From NCBI RefSeq assembly GCF_006345805.1, contig NC_042999.1:172484001-172548000 (forward strand): a stretch of DNA of 64,000 nt, read 5' to 3'. The position numbers were made by a program, and so were the translations under genes. Shown here piece by piece: positions 38,850-51,075 of this stretch (the stretch's first letter is position 1; each line of letters begins with the position of its first letter). The notes under the pieces are model-generated. The model worked only from the letters and a program-made list of their open reading frames with translations. It had not been told where the DNA came from and ran no database searches. Source of the DNA: Octopus sinensis. Lineage: Eukaryota.

Positions 38850-39488
38850 TTATATATCGGTGGTTAGGTATACAGACACACACTTATCCACAAATATCTA
38901 TATTTATACATACATACATACATACAAACAAACATACATACATATATATTTACATATATGCATACACAAACATAATACATACATACATACATACATACAT
39001 ACATAAATACATACATACATACATACATAAATTTATACGATCATATTACCCATTCAAATATGACAGAAAGCAAGTTTCTGAATTTTGTCAATGGAAAAAA
39101 TTTGGCAGTTCGAAGAGAATGCCAACTCTATATTGGTGGATGCATGCACTCCGAAGTGCATATCTGCTCTTCAGCATGAAACTCTATCAGAGAGAGACGC
39201 TACAAACAGATAAGCGATATTCTATCATTCTCCAGTATTATTCTTAAAAGAAACAAATAATAGCATCAGCAACTATGTTGAAGGATTAAGGTGTCATTTA
39301 TGACCAAATTCGTACGACTGCAATCCTATCCTTCTCTTCTTCATATATTTTATCTTGGAACTGTATTCTCAACTTCGTCGTTTCTCTCTTTTTTTGGGGG
39401 CCGTAAATTGTGATTCAATATATAACATCCTGCACACAGAAGCATACATGCACACACATACTTTCAATTATGGTATATACATGCATGA

Positions 39489-39534
<46 letters not shown>

Positions 39535-42500
39535 GCATGTAAATAATTACGTACACCGATTGCTTTTCTGAAAACTTGGAATGACCATTGTGTCAATAGC
39601 AAAATGTGTAAAGATATTATCAGCAATGTACATTATCCTTCATAGGTAACATTTCAACATAACACACCGGGCTCACAGTTTTAGTCAGCACAAAAAAACC
39701 ACAGAAAACCAAAATGCAAACCCTTAGTGAGGATATCGGTCTCGTGGTAAAGACAATAGTTTGGTAAATATATACCTGTAGGTTGACAAAATGCCAGAAT
39801 AGTGATTAAAACAATGCACAGTTTTGAAGATATAACAACTATGGCGTTGTAGAATAATCGTAAACAACTGCTGCACACTACAGATAATTCTTAAGCTATA
39901 ACTGATTTGTATGCTGCAACTTCACTTCAAACTAAAACTATGACATATGAAATCAACTAAATAAGTCTTCACCAACAAAACGATATCTCTGTATTTTGCT
40001 GCATTTTAAAAAAAAATGTTATTTAAACTATTGTGTGAAAAAGAAAAAGTGCCAGAAATATTAGCAAGCAAATATACATTTTCTTCTAAACTGAAACAGG
40101 TGGTCTTCATGTCAATAAAGGAACACTTAATCTTTATGTCTCCTATATATAAGAAATATAGGATAGTAACAAGGCGCCGTAGGCAATATTGTGGAAGAAA
40201 TATTATTTCGATAAATCCTGTTTGTTGGTTGGCAGAGACATAAATAGAACCATTAAAACAACGCGTTTTGATGAATAAATAAAAACTACACTGCATAAAT
40301 ATCCAACATATTCATTAGCAGTAAATAACTTTGGGCTCGAAAGAATATTTCTGTGCTTGTTCTTTGAGTTTGTGGTTCCGCTCTTGTCTCTGTCGATCGA
40401 CAAACATGGTTGTACAAAAGCGCTGACTTTTCTACGGGGTCGACATCAACACCATAGAATCAGATCCTTTTTCATATCTATATTTTCTCCTATTTGGTTG
40501 TCACCTCAAATGTAATGCTGAAGTGTGCCTTCAAAACATCAATTGATTGGGGTTCATCTGCACACGGAATTAATCATTAAACTGTATAGTGTATCCTGTT
40601 TAAGATTGAAAACGTACATCAGTTGCTCATCAAAACTGTTTGCAGGTTAGAGTTCACTAGCACCACTCTGAGACCAGCCATTCCATCACCTTATTAACAG
40701 CTTCAGAAACAAGTAAAACAACGGCATGGCCATCATTCTTAAAAAGACGAATGTACTGGAAAACTTTGCTTTGGTTTTGTTCACAGAGCAGGGTTTGATG
40801 TAAGTGCTAAACCCTACACATGAGCGAAATTTTAAAACTATAGTGACTGCACCAGTATTGAGCATCCCTAGACACTGCTACAAATGTTTGCTAACATAAA
40901 GTAATCTACAAGGTCACATAATTCCCGCGCATCATCAATGGCAACAACAATTTAGAGCCGCAGGTAAAGAGGTATATTGGAATAACAATCAAAGTATTTA
41001 CAATGACAAACGATCTAGAAAAAAGCAAGGGGGCGTTTTATAGCTAGTTGCTATTTACAAAGCTTGTGTCCTCAGCACAACATTTTAGGTGAGGACATTA
41101 GTAAGGACATTTTAATGGTTTCCGACAACAGAGTCTAAAACCGCTCCTGACTCTCAAGTGTGCTCACCGAATTACCAGCAAAAAGGTATTTGTTTTGCCT
41201 AAATACCCAGCATGTTCATCCTACATCAACGATGATATGTTTCATACACATCATAAGAGGTGACGGTATCATGAAATATCTCTTCATTGTGAATTTGCCT
41301 CCAGCCGGAGAACATGAATGCCAACTAGTTTTCATTTGAAAGATGTTGCCAAGAGGCAAATGTAGTCTCGCTGAATGAAATTTGGGATAATGGCAAGCGA
41401 TGCACGATATAGGAATGTATTTAAAAGACACGAGAAAAGGCTGCCAGAAACTCGACAAAAACTAATACAGAGACAATATTAGCAGTCAGGAACTTCAAAT
41501 GCATTTGAAAATCTCGCTCCTGTGTAGGGCTCAGCACTTACAGAAAACTCAAGTCTTTGAACAAGACCGAAGCAAGGCTTTCTGGTGCAGATCAAATGTC
41601 TCGCGATGTTAACGGAAATCTCTTTATATGCATCTGTGTTTATGTGTGTGTGCTTGTCTATGTATATATAATGTCTAGATGTGTGCATTTATACAGAAAT
41701 GTGTGTGTTTATCTCTCTGCATATCTGTGTGTGTGCGTGTGTGTGTGTGTTTAGAGCTCATGAGAGCACTCCTGTTTCGAAACCAGAATTATGTGGTATG
41801 GTATATTCATTTTGTAAAATCAAAAAAACACTTCACTGGGAAGAGTATAAGCGTAAAGCGGTGTCTATGACCATGTTTTGAAAGAGAGGTTGGGAGCAGA
41901 TTACATGTGTCTCTGATAATTTTATAGCGAAGCAGTGTATTAAATGTATCTTATGTATTCAACAACTATAAATGATATACATTTGTCTGAAAAAAATGAA
42001 TGAATGCGCAACAGTTTAGGGAAAAATCGCTTCACTTGAAATCAAAGGAGACATCTTAAGACAAGTTTATGAAGTCAAGCAAATAAAAACTAGGCTATGT
42101 GGACATAGTAAATGTTTCATGAAAGCTTGAAAGAATTTTTCTATCACATATATGAAGATCAAGGCATGTATTTAAGAAATAAGAAAATGTTGAATTTTTG
42201 GAATATTATAGAACGCAAGCTCCACTACTCTGAAGCTTATAACAATAGACTTAACTATGGGGATCCAAGAACTTTAACCCCACCCGTGATACATAATTAA
42301 TATTTCAGCCTAAATACTTTTCTTAGGTAGTTGAATGATATGCACACCTACTAGTCGCCAGGAAGATGGGTGAGTAACTGCGTGGTAACACTAGTAGCCA
42401 CCGCATCCAAATTCAATAACCTCAACTTGTTTCCAAACAGGCCAAGTACATTTTTAAAACCCATTGAGAGTATGACTATATTAGAAAAAAAGGAAATGAA

Positions 42501-45500
42501 TTTCCTTACTACATCTCATATATTTCCCTGAAAAACACTTCTAAATGTCCCCTAATCATTTCATCTAGTAAACGTTTTTTCTTATGGGGTAATTAGTTCT
42601 TTATATCGAGTAAAATTCAAAACTATGTTTACAGCAGGAAGATAATTTTTGGGGTTTCGGGACGATCTCCTCAAAACTCTTTCGTGTTATGTGTATTTTG
42701 TTCCCAAGCACTTCGTCGTCTAACTTGCTTCTATTTAAAGCAGTGAAGTTGACACATCAAATAGAGAAAAGAAGTGAACAAATCAATAACGTATTAAAAA
42801 CAAAGTAATGTAAATTCTTAAAGAAAGAAATAACAAACAAAACCCAATTTAGGAATTAAATCTGTAATCCATCAATCACTTTATGCGTCAACCTGATGGA
42901 CAGCACGCCATTTTGTGAGTAGTACTTCAAAAGAATGTTAAAATGTTCAAAAGTTGTACCACAACCCGTTTGAATAGTCATTCAAAATCTGTATTTCATA
43001 TTTTCTAATCTTCGAAAACACATTTAAAAAGCATATACAAGAGATTATAGTGATATTTTTATTAACATACTTTTCTTTTTTAAATATTCTTACTCCATGG
43101 CAACTTTTGATTTTCTTTTAATTTGTATAAAGCACATATTTGCCATAAACGGCAAATTTATAGTTAAGCTGTTTGAATAAGTTGGGAATTAATATATAAC
43201 TGGACATTTTAGGAGATATATGAAATAATACACGGAAATATTTCATGGCATTATGAAAAATTACAACAACATAATTAAACACATCGACGAATTGACAGAC
43301 ATACATGTTTAGATGGTTTATTCTTCGTTTATTTCGTTGGTGGATGCTAACTGCTGCTTGCGTCTGCCACATTTCTTATCGTTGTTGCTGTAAGTTTACC
43401 GCTAATATTTTATGTTGGCGATTTTGGTTTTGTATTTGCTGCCTTGTTGTTTCTTTTGTCGATAGGATGGCTACGGGCTCTGCAGCTATATTTTTAATAG
43501 TATATTGCCTATTTTTGTTATAGTTATTTATTTCATGTTTAGGTATTTGTTGGTTTTGCTTTGCATTGTATTTAGTTGCTTATTCTGTTGCTGTTTTAGA
43601 GTTGATGGCAGGTGTATGACTACTTGGTTATTGGATGCCTCATTAGCCCTCCCATCTTTCATTGTAATATGACTAAAACTGGTTTCTGTTTTTCTCCTAT
43701 CCCTTCTCAACTTTTTCCACATATATTTCATCTAATCTCATCGCTTAACAAAGTGTATGTGTAACAAAGTTCGCAGGTACGCAATGCCCTGCTCCCTTAC
43801 GTCTACATAGTTTGCGTTTAAATATTTTTATTATTCTGATGAGTGTGTAATTTGTGAGGAGGTTATGCTTTTATTTTATGTTTCCACGGTATCGCTAATA
43901 GATTTCCTTAATGTTACAGTTGTACTTGCCCTCCATTTTTCTGATTGCTGCTGAAACCATTTTGTTACTGCTCGCGGAAGTCAAGGCATTTGGTATAGAA
44001 GTTAGTATCTTACAATCATTATCGTAAGATCGCGGTTTCGATTACTGGACCTGTCGGTGCGTTCTGTTCTTATGCAAACACATTGTTTCATGTTACTCTG
44101 ATGTAATACTACTGTAATAGATTTACAGCTGATTTTAGAAATACCTTAAGTGGTAGAGTATTGTATTGTCAGTCATTTATACGTAATCCAAACCGTAAAT
44201 CTTCTTAATACTCATGACAGTTTGCGGTTCTAAGTTCCTGGCTACAAAGTGTTACATTTTCTTATAATTTACTGCAAGTAAAAAGAGTCTCAGATCATAA
44301 ATGCTGCCACTCTGTAGTATTTTTGGATACTGCATTCCACCCAAACTCCAACGTGCCACATATATTTGAAAAGTTTAAACAACAGAGGCTACCATTCTTA
44401 TAAAATTATCAGTAGTATTAACTCTCGAGGCAACCCAATTACATTCACATTAAAGTTGGATATGGCACTAACTATTTCAACGTCTTCCTCCACTGCTCTC
44501 ACCAGATTTTAAAGATTTATCACCGAATGTAATTCTGTTTCCAGCAGCGTGACCTTGGACGTTCTTGGCCCTGTGTATATTATCAAGAAAGTGAATTGCT
44601 CACAGTACGATGTAGAAATTTTCGGTCTCTTTCTATTTGTATGGCACATATAATTATAATGTCGTCCTGTCTTCATTATTTTGAATGACATACAGTATGC
44701 AATATCACTTGGAGTTATTTTACAGCTTAGGCAGTAGTGAGGTACTAAATGATTCGAAGTTTCTTCGAAATTTTATCATCGATCATATTATTGATCTGCT
44801 TCTTTCGTGGTATTAGATCTGGTATTAGACCTAGAAGAACACTTGTGCATTTTTCTTGGCGGAGGCGGTTTCTATATGGTATTGACCTAGAAATTTGCGA
44901 AAATGGTTCCTTTGAGGAAAGATTCGCGGCTCAATTTAGTTTTCCTGTCGTTAGCGCTGAGATCATTTGTTATTGTAGTAGTCGTAGCCGGGGTAATGGA
45001 AGCTGTCAATATGATTCTTTTTCTTTAACATTTGTCCATTGAAGTTACAACCATTTGAATAATAATTCCATGACTGGCATTACCTCCTCTACCCACTTCA
45101 ACATATGTCTAATGGAGATTGTTTGTATTACTGGTGTCGGCGGTTGTATCGTTGCTGCCACTGATACAGACCGTTAGAGTCAAAGACAATTTACACGCTT
45201 TTATTCAACTCGGTGTTAGTCAAAGAGCTACATGTTTTTTTCTTTCTTTCTATTTTCTTTCTTCATTGAAAACACTCCTGTTTAAAGGAAAAATTCGTTT
45301 TCAAGGAGTATTTTAAATAAGCTAAATTGCACATGTAACCCAATTACATCAAGAAAAAAGACAGTGACGCGAGCATCGCATCATTAGTTAATTTTGCAGA
45401 GCAAATTTACGTGGAAATAAATGTTTTAAATTATCACAAAGTGTAAAAATATAGCAATTTCACAATTTCCACTAAGTGGAGAAAAATTCACATCTGCCAT

Positions 45501-45550
45501 TACAATTGTTAATAATAATAACAATAATAATTATGATAATAATAATACTA

Positions 45551-45800
45551 ATGAAAGTTCGAGAAATATGTCAGACAAATCGAAATTGACATGAGAGCAG
45601 AGGAAACCCACAAAACTTCTCTGCTGGGGATAGCTAGGGTCTTGAGATTGGTACTTGGATGCTGAATGTCTTCCGTAGTAATTAACAGCCAGGTATCAAA
45701 TCTTATTAAAATGCGGAGACACTGTGAGACCTCTGACAACAGACTGCTGTCCGCTCTCACAGAATCATACAGAACAAACAAGACCGAACGTTCTGAGAAA
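45551..45800 (+). mobile_element. R4/Dong-like RLE LINE 3' end
   Basis: KFEKYVRQIEIDMRAEETHKTSLLGIARVLRLVLGC* (stop 45663-65), short 3' UTR, (AAT)n on both sides. Confidence 0.8.
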
Positions 45801-45821
45801 TAAAATAATAATAAAAATAAT

Positions 45822-45857
<36 letters not shown>

Positions 45858-45908
45858 GTTGTTGTTGTTATTGTTGTTGTTGTTGTTGTTATTATTATTA
45901 TTATTATT

Positions 45909-45956
<48 letters not shown>

Positions 45957-45964
45957 AATTATTA

Positions 45965-46227
45965 TGTTCTTTCAACATCCTTAAACAACCCTTATTCAGG
46001 GACCTTTTGAGCGGGATGGGCTACTCAACCTGAAGAAAATTCTAACTGAGCCCCACCTGCAAGGTCATGCACTGTTTATCTTGATATGAGATCACCATGT
46101 CGCGCACATATGGTTGTGATGCATGAGCCTGGTGTACCCTTATCAAACGGGTAGTCATGATGGGTAGATTGGGCTTCGTATATTTTACCCCAGTGTCACT
46201 TTGATGGCATGAACTCCTCTCTCACTC
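45965..46227. mobile_element. Unclassified interspersed repeat abutting (AAT)n
   Basis: Aligns with about 50240-50420 (ccttaaacaacc...gcgggatgggcta...tacccttatca). Confidence 0.6.
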
Positions 46228-46254
46228 AATAATAATAATAATAATAGTAACAAC

Positions 46255-46412
46255 AATAATAAACCTTTCTAGTATGAACACAAAGCCTGAAATTTGTAGG
46301 AGGGACTAGTCAATGACTGAAGCTCATTTCAGGTCGATATAATAGTACCAGTAAAATGCTGGAGTCGAGGTAATCGTTTAGACCCCTCCCCCAAATTTCA
46401 GTAATAGAAAGG

Positions 46413-46421
<9 letters not shown>
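46255..46421. mobile_element. Inverted pair of headless SINE family A-type 3' tails
   Basis: 17-bp perfect terminal inverted repeat (46255-46271 / 46405-46421) and inner ctgaaatttg/caaatttcag. Confidence 0.65.
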
Positions 46422-46504
<83 letters not shown>

Positions 46505-46530
46505 TATTATTATTATTATTATTATTTATT

Positions 46531-49275
46531 TCGTGTACTCTAAAAACAATTAAATTGTTAGAAAAGATAGGAATCCTAATATCGGGCCATAACTAGTAGT
46601 CTTAGATACCAAGAAATTTCCTTAGTATCCTAGTTGTCCCTAATAAAAATGTTTGCTGGAGCTGTACGGAACTGCGTTTTATGCCTACTTCCTCTCTCCA
46701 TCTTTTCAAATCTTTAGGGTTAGTTCCCAGTTCACGTATTACTTCTGGGATACATTTTACCCGCACTTTTCATCGTTCTTTGTAATACAATGGCTAGGTC
46801 CTGGTACTTTGTCAGATTTTCCAGAGGTCTTATATTGATTTTTTTTCATCATTTGAGATAGAAAAATCAATTCTCTGGCAATTTTCTCTTCTCTTTAGCT
46901 ATTGCTACTAAATCAGGACTTGTAATTTCTATTACTCTGTCAGTCTGAATGTTAGAGTCCCACAATATCTTATATGTCTTACTTTCTATTATTTTACTAG
47001 GCTCATGTGCGTATCATTTATCAATATATAGTGAGATATATGGGAGCACATAACAAGGGGTCTCTATTTATGCTTTTATACTTAAATATACTAGTTTTCT
47101 TTATAAGACCCAGTGGATTACTCTACCTACGTTGTTCTGTCTTTCGTATTATTTTTGTGCCATCATGCTACATTCACTTACAGTATAATAGTAAAGCTTT
47201 CCTCTTTTGATTTACATAACCTACATTGGAAATCTACTTGGTTATTGTCATTCTTGGCTTTTTTCAATTAGTCCTTAATGCTTTATCTTGTGCAGCTATT
47301 AACAAACTCTCTGTCTCCCTTTTCAAATTTCGTTTCTGTAAACATAACCATGTCTCACTGCTACATTTACTGCAACTATCTTGGGAAATCTACTATGCAT
47401 CGCCTTCTCTTGCCAATCAGATAATTTCCTCTCTTTTCTTCTGGTTTTTAACTTCGTTTCAGTTTTCTTCCTAGTTCCTCTGTCTATCTTTGCTACTTTT
47501 ATTTATGTCCAATCTACAAAAGCTGCTATCTTAGTAATTATACTAACCAAGTATTGACAGCCTTCAGTACATTGAGACCATCTAACTTTGATTTCATTAG
47601 CTTCTTAACTCTTTAATGTACTCCTTCGTAATATTCGTTTATTCCTTTATTTCTACAGTTAGTACTCTGTCAGATTCTAATTCTCTTAGATTCTTATAAC
47701 TGTCTCCTCATTTCAAGTATTTTAAATTCCTTTTTTGATATTAACTTTCCTTGAGCGTGTGCCACCTGAAAAGAGATCTATTTTACATTTCTTCATGATA
47801 AATCTAATTAAATCTTCTTCCTGAAACCTCTCTGTTCTTGTGGCAGTAAATTGTGGTTGTAAAAGTATTTGTAAATGTTTCCTGAAGACATTCCTGTTAG
47901 CAGGTTCCACACTAATGGAAGCTTTATTACCCTTGCTCTTATCCTTCATAATGAGAATTGTCCTCTCTTTCGTCATCCCATATGGTATTATTACTCCATT
48001 ATGGCAATCCTGAAGACGTTGCCTCCGCCTCACATGTACACTACTAAATTTCTATAGCCACTACTCTTGAACTAAATCTAGTCCTGGGCCCTTCGAATTC
48101 GGCATTTGTTCATATACTTTACTCATTAATGCACTAGTTACTCTTAGATCTGCCTACTTCTCACTACTACGCTCACCTATCTTTAACCATACTTCATCTT
48201 CATTATGATTAACTGACTTATCCCATATATTACCACAGAACTTTCGAGCTTCTTCTGCATTAGGTCTCTCATCTTCAGTACTTCTAAAATCTCCTCTGGT
48301 CTGTCTCAAATAATCTACTCTGTTGATATTGACCTATTTTTTCTGCTATTTGAAAAGCTTGCCTGATACTGTTATGATACGCTGTTTCAACTCTTCTATT
48401 ACTGTTCCAAGTCCTTTCTCTTTGACTAAGTATCTTTTCTCAAGGGAGGATTTGCATCTGGTTTTTCCTAACTTCTGTTTCCATTCAGATCTTCCCTTAA
48501 ATTCTTCACTTTATTTTGTAGTATCCTTTTCCACATATGCCCCTTTTCACTCTTTCCCTGTTAGATATCTAATCTTCCAGCGAATACGACCCCTCTTGCA
48601 TAGAAGAATAAGTTAGTGTCTGCTATGTTTTTAGTAACTATCCTATTGATAAAAGCATCGATTTTTATTCACTTCTAGCAGCTTCATTCCGTTGCTGCCT
48701 TTTAATGCTGGCAGTCTTTTTCTTACTTCTTTACTCATTACTTCCAGCAACTCATCTGAAATATTCTCATCTTCTTCACTTAAAGCACTTCCTCACATAA
48801 AGTCGATGGTAACAATTGTTTCTTCCTTATTGATAGTGCTATTATTTTTTTTTATTTTTAGGTTCTTCTTTGATTTGAGATGTATCTCTTATGTTGCTGT
48901 TTGTCGTCTCTACTTCCTGGTCTTCCCTTTCTAGTTATCTTGTGCTCTCTTCTACCTCCAGTTCTGTCATTCTCTTTCTTCTTCGAATAGCATAGGCCTG
49001 ATCTCCTAATCTCTGCTCTGCTCAGTCACTTTAGACATACCCTTCACTTTAGACATACCCAAAGTGTTAACATCCGTTTTCTATAGTCCCTTCTTTTAGA
49101 TTCACTTTCTAAGTAGCACTGCAACACTCTCCTGTTTTCTTCGCTGGTACACTGCCTCCTTCTTCTTACTTTATTATCTCCTGACGCTGTCTTATGATAA
49201 CAGATGGTTTCTGTCTGCATCTTTCCTGAACCACTGCCAAGCGAGAGGCCTTCTCTTGCTTGGCAATGGTTCAGT
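46531..49275 (-). mobile_element. Near full-length, heavily decayed R4/Dong-like RLE LINE
   Basis: In order on the minus strand: EENRRVLQCYLES..RKRM..VTEQ N-terminus; IPYGMTKERTILIMKDKSKGN; VNIKKGI (RT, internally deleted); CSMMAQK..VIHW; KILWDSNIQTDRVI..PD; LLGTTRILRKFLGI* (stop 46602-04). (AAT)n tail. Confidence 0.9.
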
Positions 49276-49338
49276 AAAGCTGTTACAACCAGTTTCTTCG
49301 GGAACTCCTATATCTCATAATTATCATTATTATTATTA

Positions 49339-49402
<64 letters not shown>

Positions 49403-49427
49403 GATGTTGTTGTTGTTGTTGTTATTT

Positions 49428-49682
49428 TATTTCTCGGGGTGGTCTTGTTTGCTCTGTTTCATTTTACGTGAGCGGACGGCAATCTGTTTCAAAGGTCACA
49501 CACACTTTCCGTGCATTATAAGCTTTGATACTTGAATGTTAATTTTCATAGAGGCCATTCAACATCGAAGTACCAAATCTGAAAAGCCCAGCTGTCCCCG
49601 GTAGAGCATTTTTCTTTTTTTTGGGGGGGGGGTCTCTGTTCTCATGTCAATTTCAATTTCTCTGACATATTTCGTGAACCAC
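49428..49682 (-). mobile_element. R4/Dong-like LINE 3' end, same subfamily as 45551-45800
   Basis: KYVREIEIDMRTE and a matching 3' UTR (gtgacctttgaaacagattgccgtccgctc...aaacaagacc). Tail is (AAC)(AAT)n at 49320-49425. Confidence 0.75.
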
Positions 49683-49684
49683 CT

Positions 49685-49739
<55 letters not shown>

Positions 49740-49880
49740 CACTACTACTACTGCTGCTCTGCTACTGCTGCTACTACTACTACTACTACTACTCCTACTG
49801 CTACAGCTGCTGCTGCTACTACTACTACTACTACTACTACTACTAATAATAATAATAATAATAATAACAATAATAATAAT
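49685..49880. repeat. Compound trinucleotide microsatellite (TAC/CAC/TGC/AAT)
   Basis: Direct reading. Confidence 0.95.
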
Positions 49881-50016
49881 TGTAATGCTTCTACTAAAGA
49901 CACTGCAGTTTTAGGGGTAGATGCTATTTGATCACAACGATCCCAGTGTTTCAATGGTTGGTAATTTTTCGGCCACAAAATGATGAAATGTAAAGTCAAC
50001 CTCGACGTAATTTGAG
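49880..50016 (-). mobile_element. SINE family A-type 3' fragment
   Basis: cttctactaaagacac...gatcccagtg...atgatgaaatgtaaagtcaacctcgacgtaatttga. Confidence 0.55.
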
Positions 50017-50019
50017 AGA

Positions 50020-50420
50020 AAGTGTTATCATATACATGTTTTGTTTTGGTGTAAAAGACGAGCTACAGTAAATATTCTGCTCAATATCAATGCTTGTCCA
50101 TTACCAGTTAAGCACGTGTTTTTGTGGCTGGCGATATGTGCATATATGATCACGAGCAGGCGTAGTGGGGAGACTCATGAACATGTGCTGAGAGGGGTTC
50201 TGTGGTGGTTGATTAATTTACTTCTGGAAATACGGGTGTTCGTTCATCTTCCTTAAACAACCTTTATTTATTTAAGGAACGGGATGGGCTATTCGATAGG
50301 ATCAAAATTTGATCTGCAAGTTCATGTCATGTTTATCATTATATGAGGTCGCTATATATGTTTGTGGTGCGTATGACTGGTATACCCTTATCAGACAGGC
50401 ATTTATCATGGGTGTCTTGG
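50020..50420. mobile_element. Second, more diverged copy of the unclassified repeat
   Basis: 3' half aligns with 45965-46160. Confidence 0.55.
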
Positions 50421-50439
50421 ATTAAGGGAAGAATTTTGA

Positions 50440-51075
50440 AAAACGACATGAAGAATTATGCATCAAGGGGCTACATAATCAATTCCATGGAGCCACAAAA
50501 AAGTTGCGCGAAAACATAGTTGGGATTGGCTGCAGACAGGAACACTAAAAAAAAGAGTTCGAGAGCACTATACTGGCAGCCCAAAGAACAAGCTCTGGCC
50601 ACTAACTATAGGGTCAACATTTGGAATGAGCAAGTGTCTCCTCTGTGCTGCATCTGTTATAGAGTGGATGAATATTGCGATATTACAAACGAATGCCCTA
50701 GACTTGTCCCAGACCATTACAAGTTGCGGCGATATGATTGGCTAGTGAAAGAGCTACATTGGAAACTGTGCAGAAAGTGGGCGCAAGAGAGAGCGGGAAG
50801 ACGTGTTATTAGCAGAAACCGCAGAGAGTGAAATCCTCTGGGATTTGCCAATCCAAGCTGATCATGTGCTAGATCATAACAGATCATCTAGTAGTGATTG
50901 ACAAGATGCACCACATGTGTAATATAGTTGAGGTTGCGTGACCCATGGATCCACGAATCGTCAAGCAGGAAGGCGACAAAATAAATAAATACAACCCTTT
51001 TAAGTAAGAAATAGCCCGGCTATGGTTGACGAAGTATGTGAAGACATTGCCATTACTATTGGGACCTTGTGGACA
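50440..51075 (+). mobile_element. R4/Dong-like RLE LINE fragment (CCHC + endonuclease region)
   Basis: KEQALATNYRVNIWNEQVSPLCCIC...NECPRL...HYKLRRYDW...LHWKLC; EILWDLPIQADHVLDHN; frameshifted. Confidence 0.8.

Noticed and set aside
41530-41580. Minus-strand GTAAGT donor with a short upstream frame
   Set aside because: Poor polypyrimidine tract; such motifs are expected by chance in 64 kb.
45965-46227. Possible HDV-like ribozyme in the unclassified repeat
   Set aside because: Only simple hairpins found; the nested double pseudoknot could not be built.
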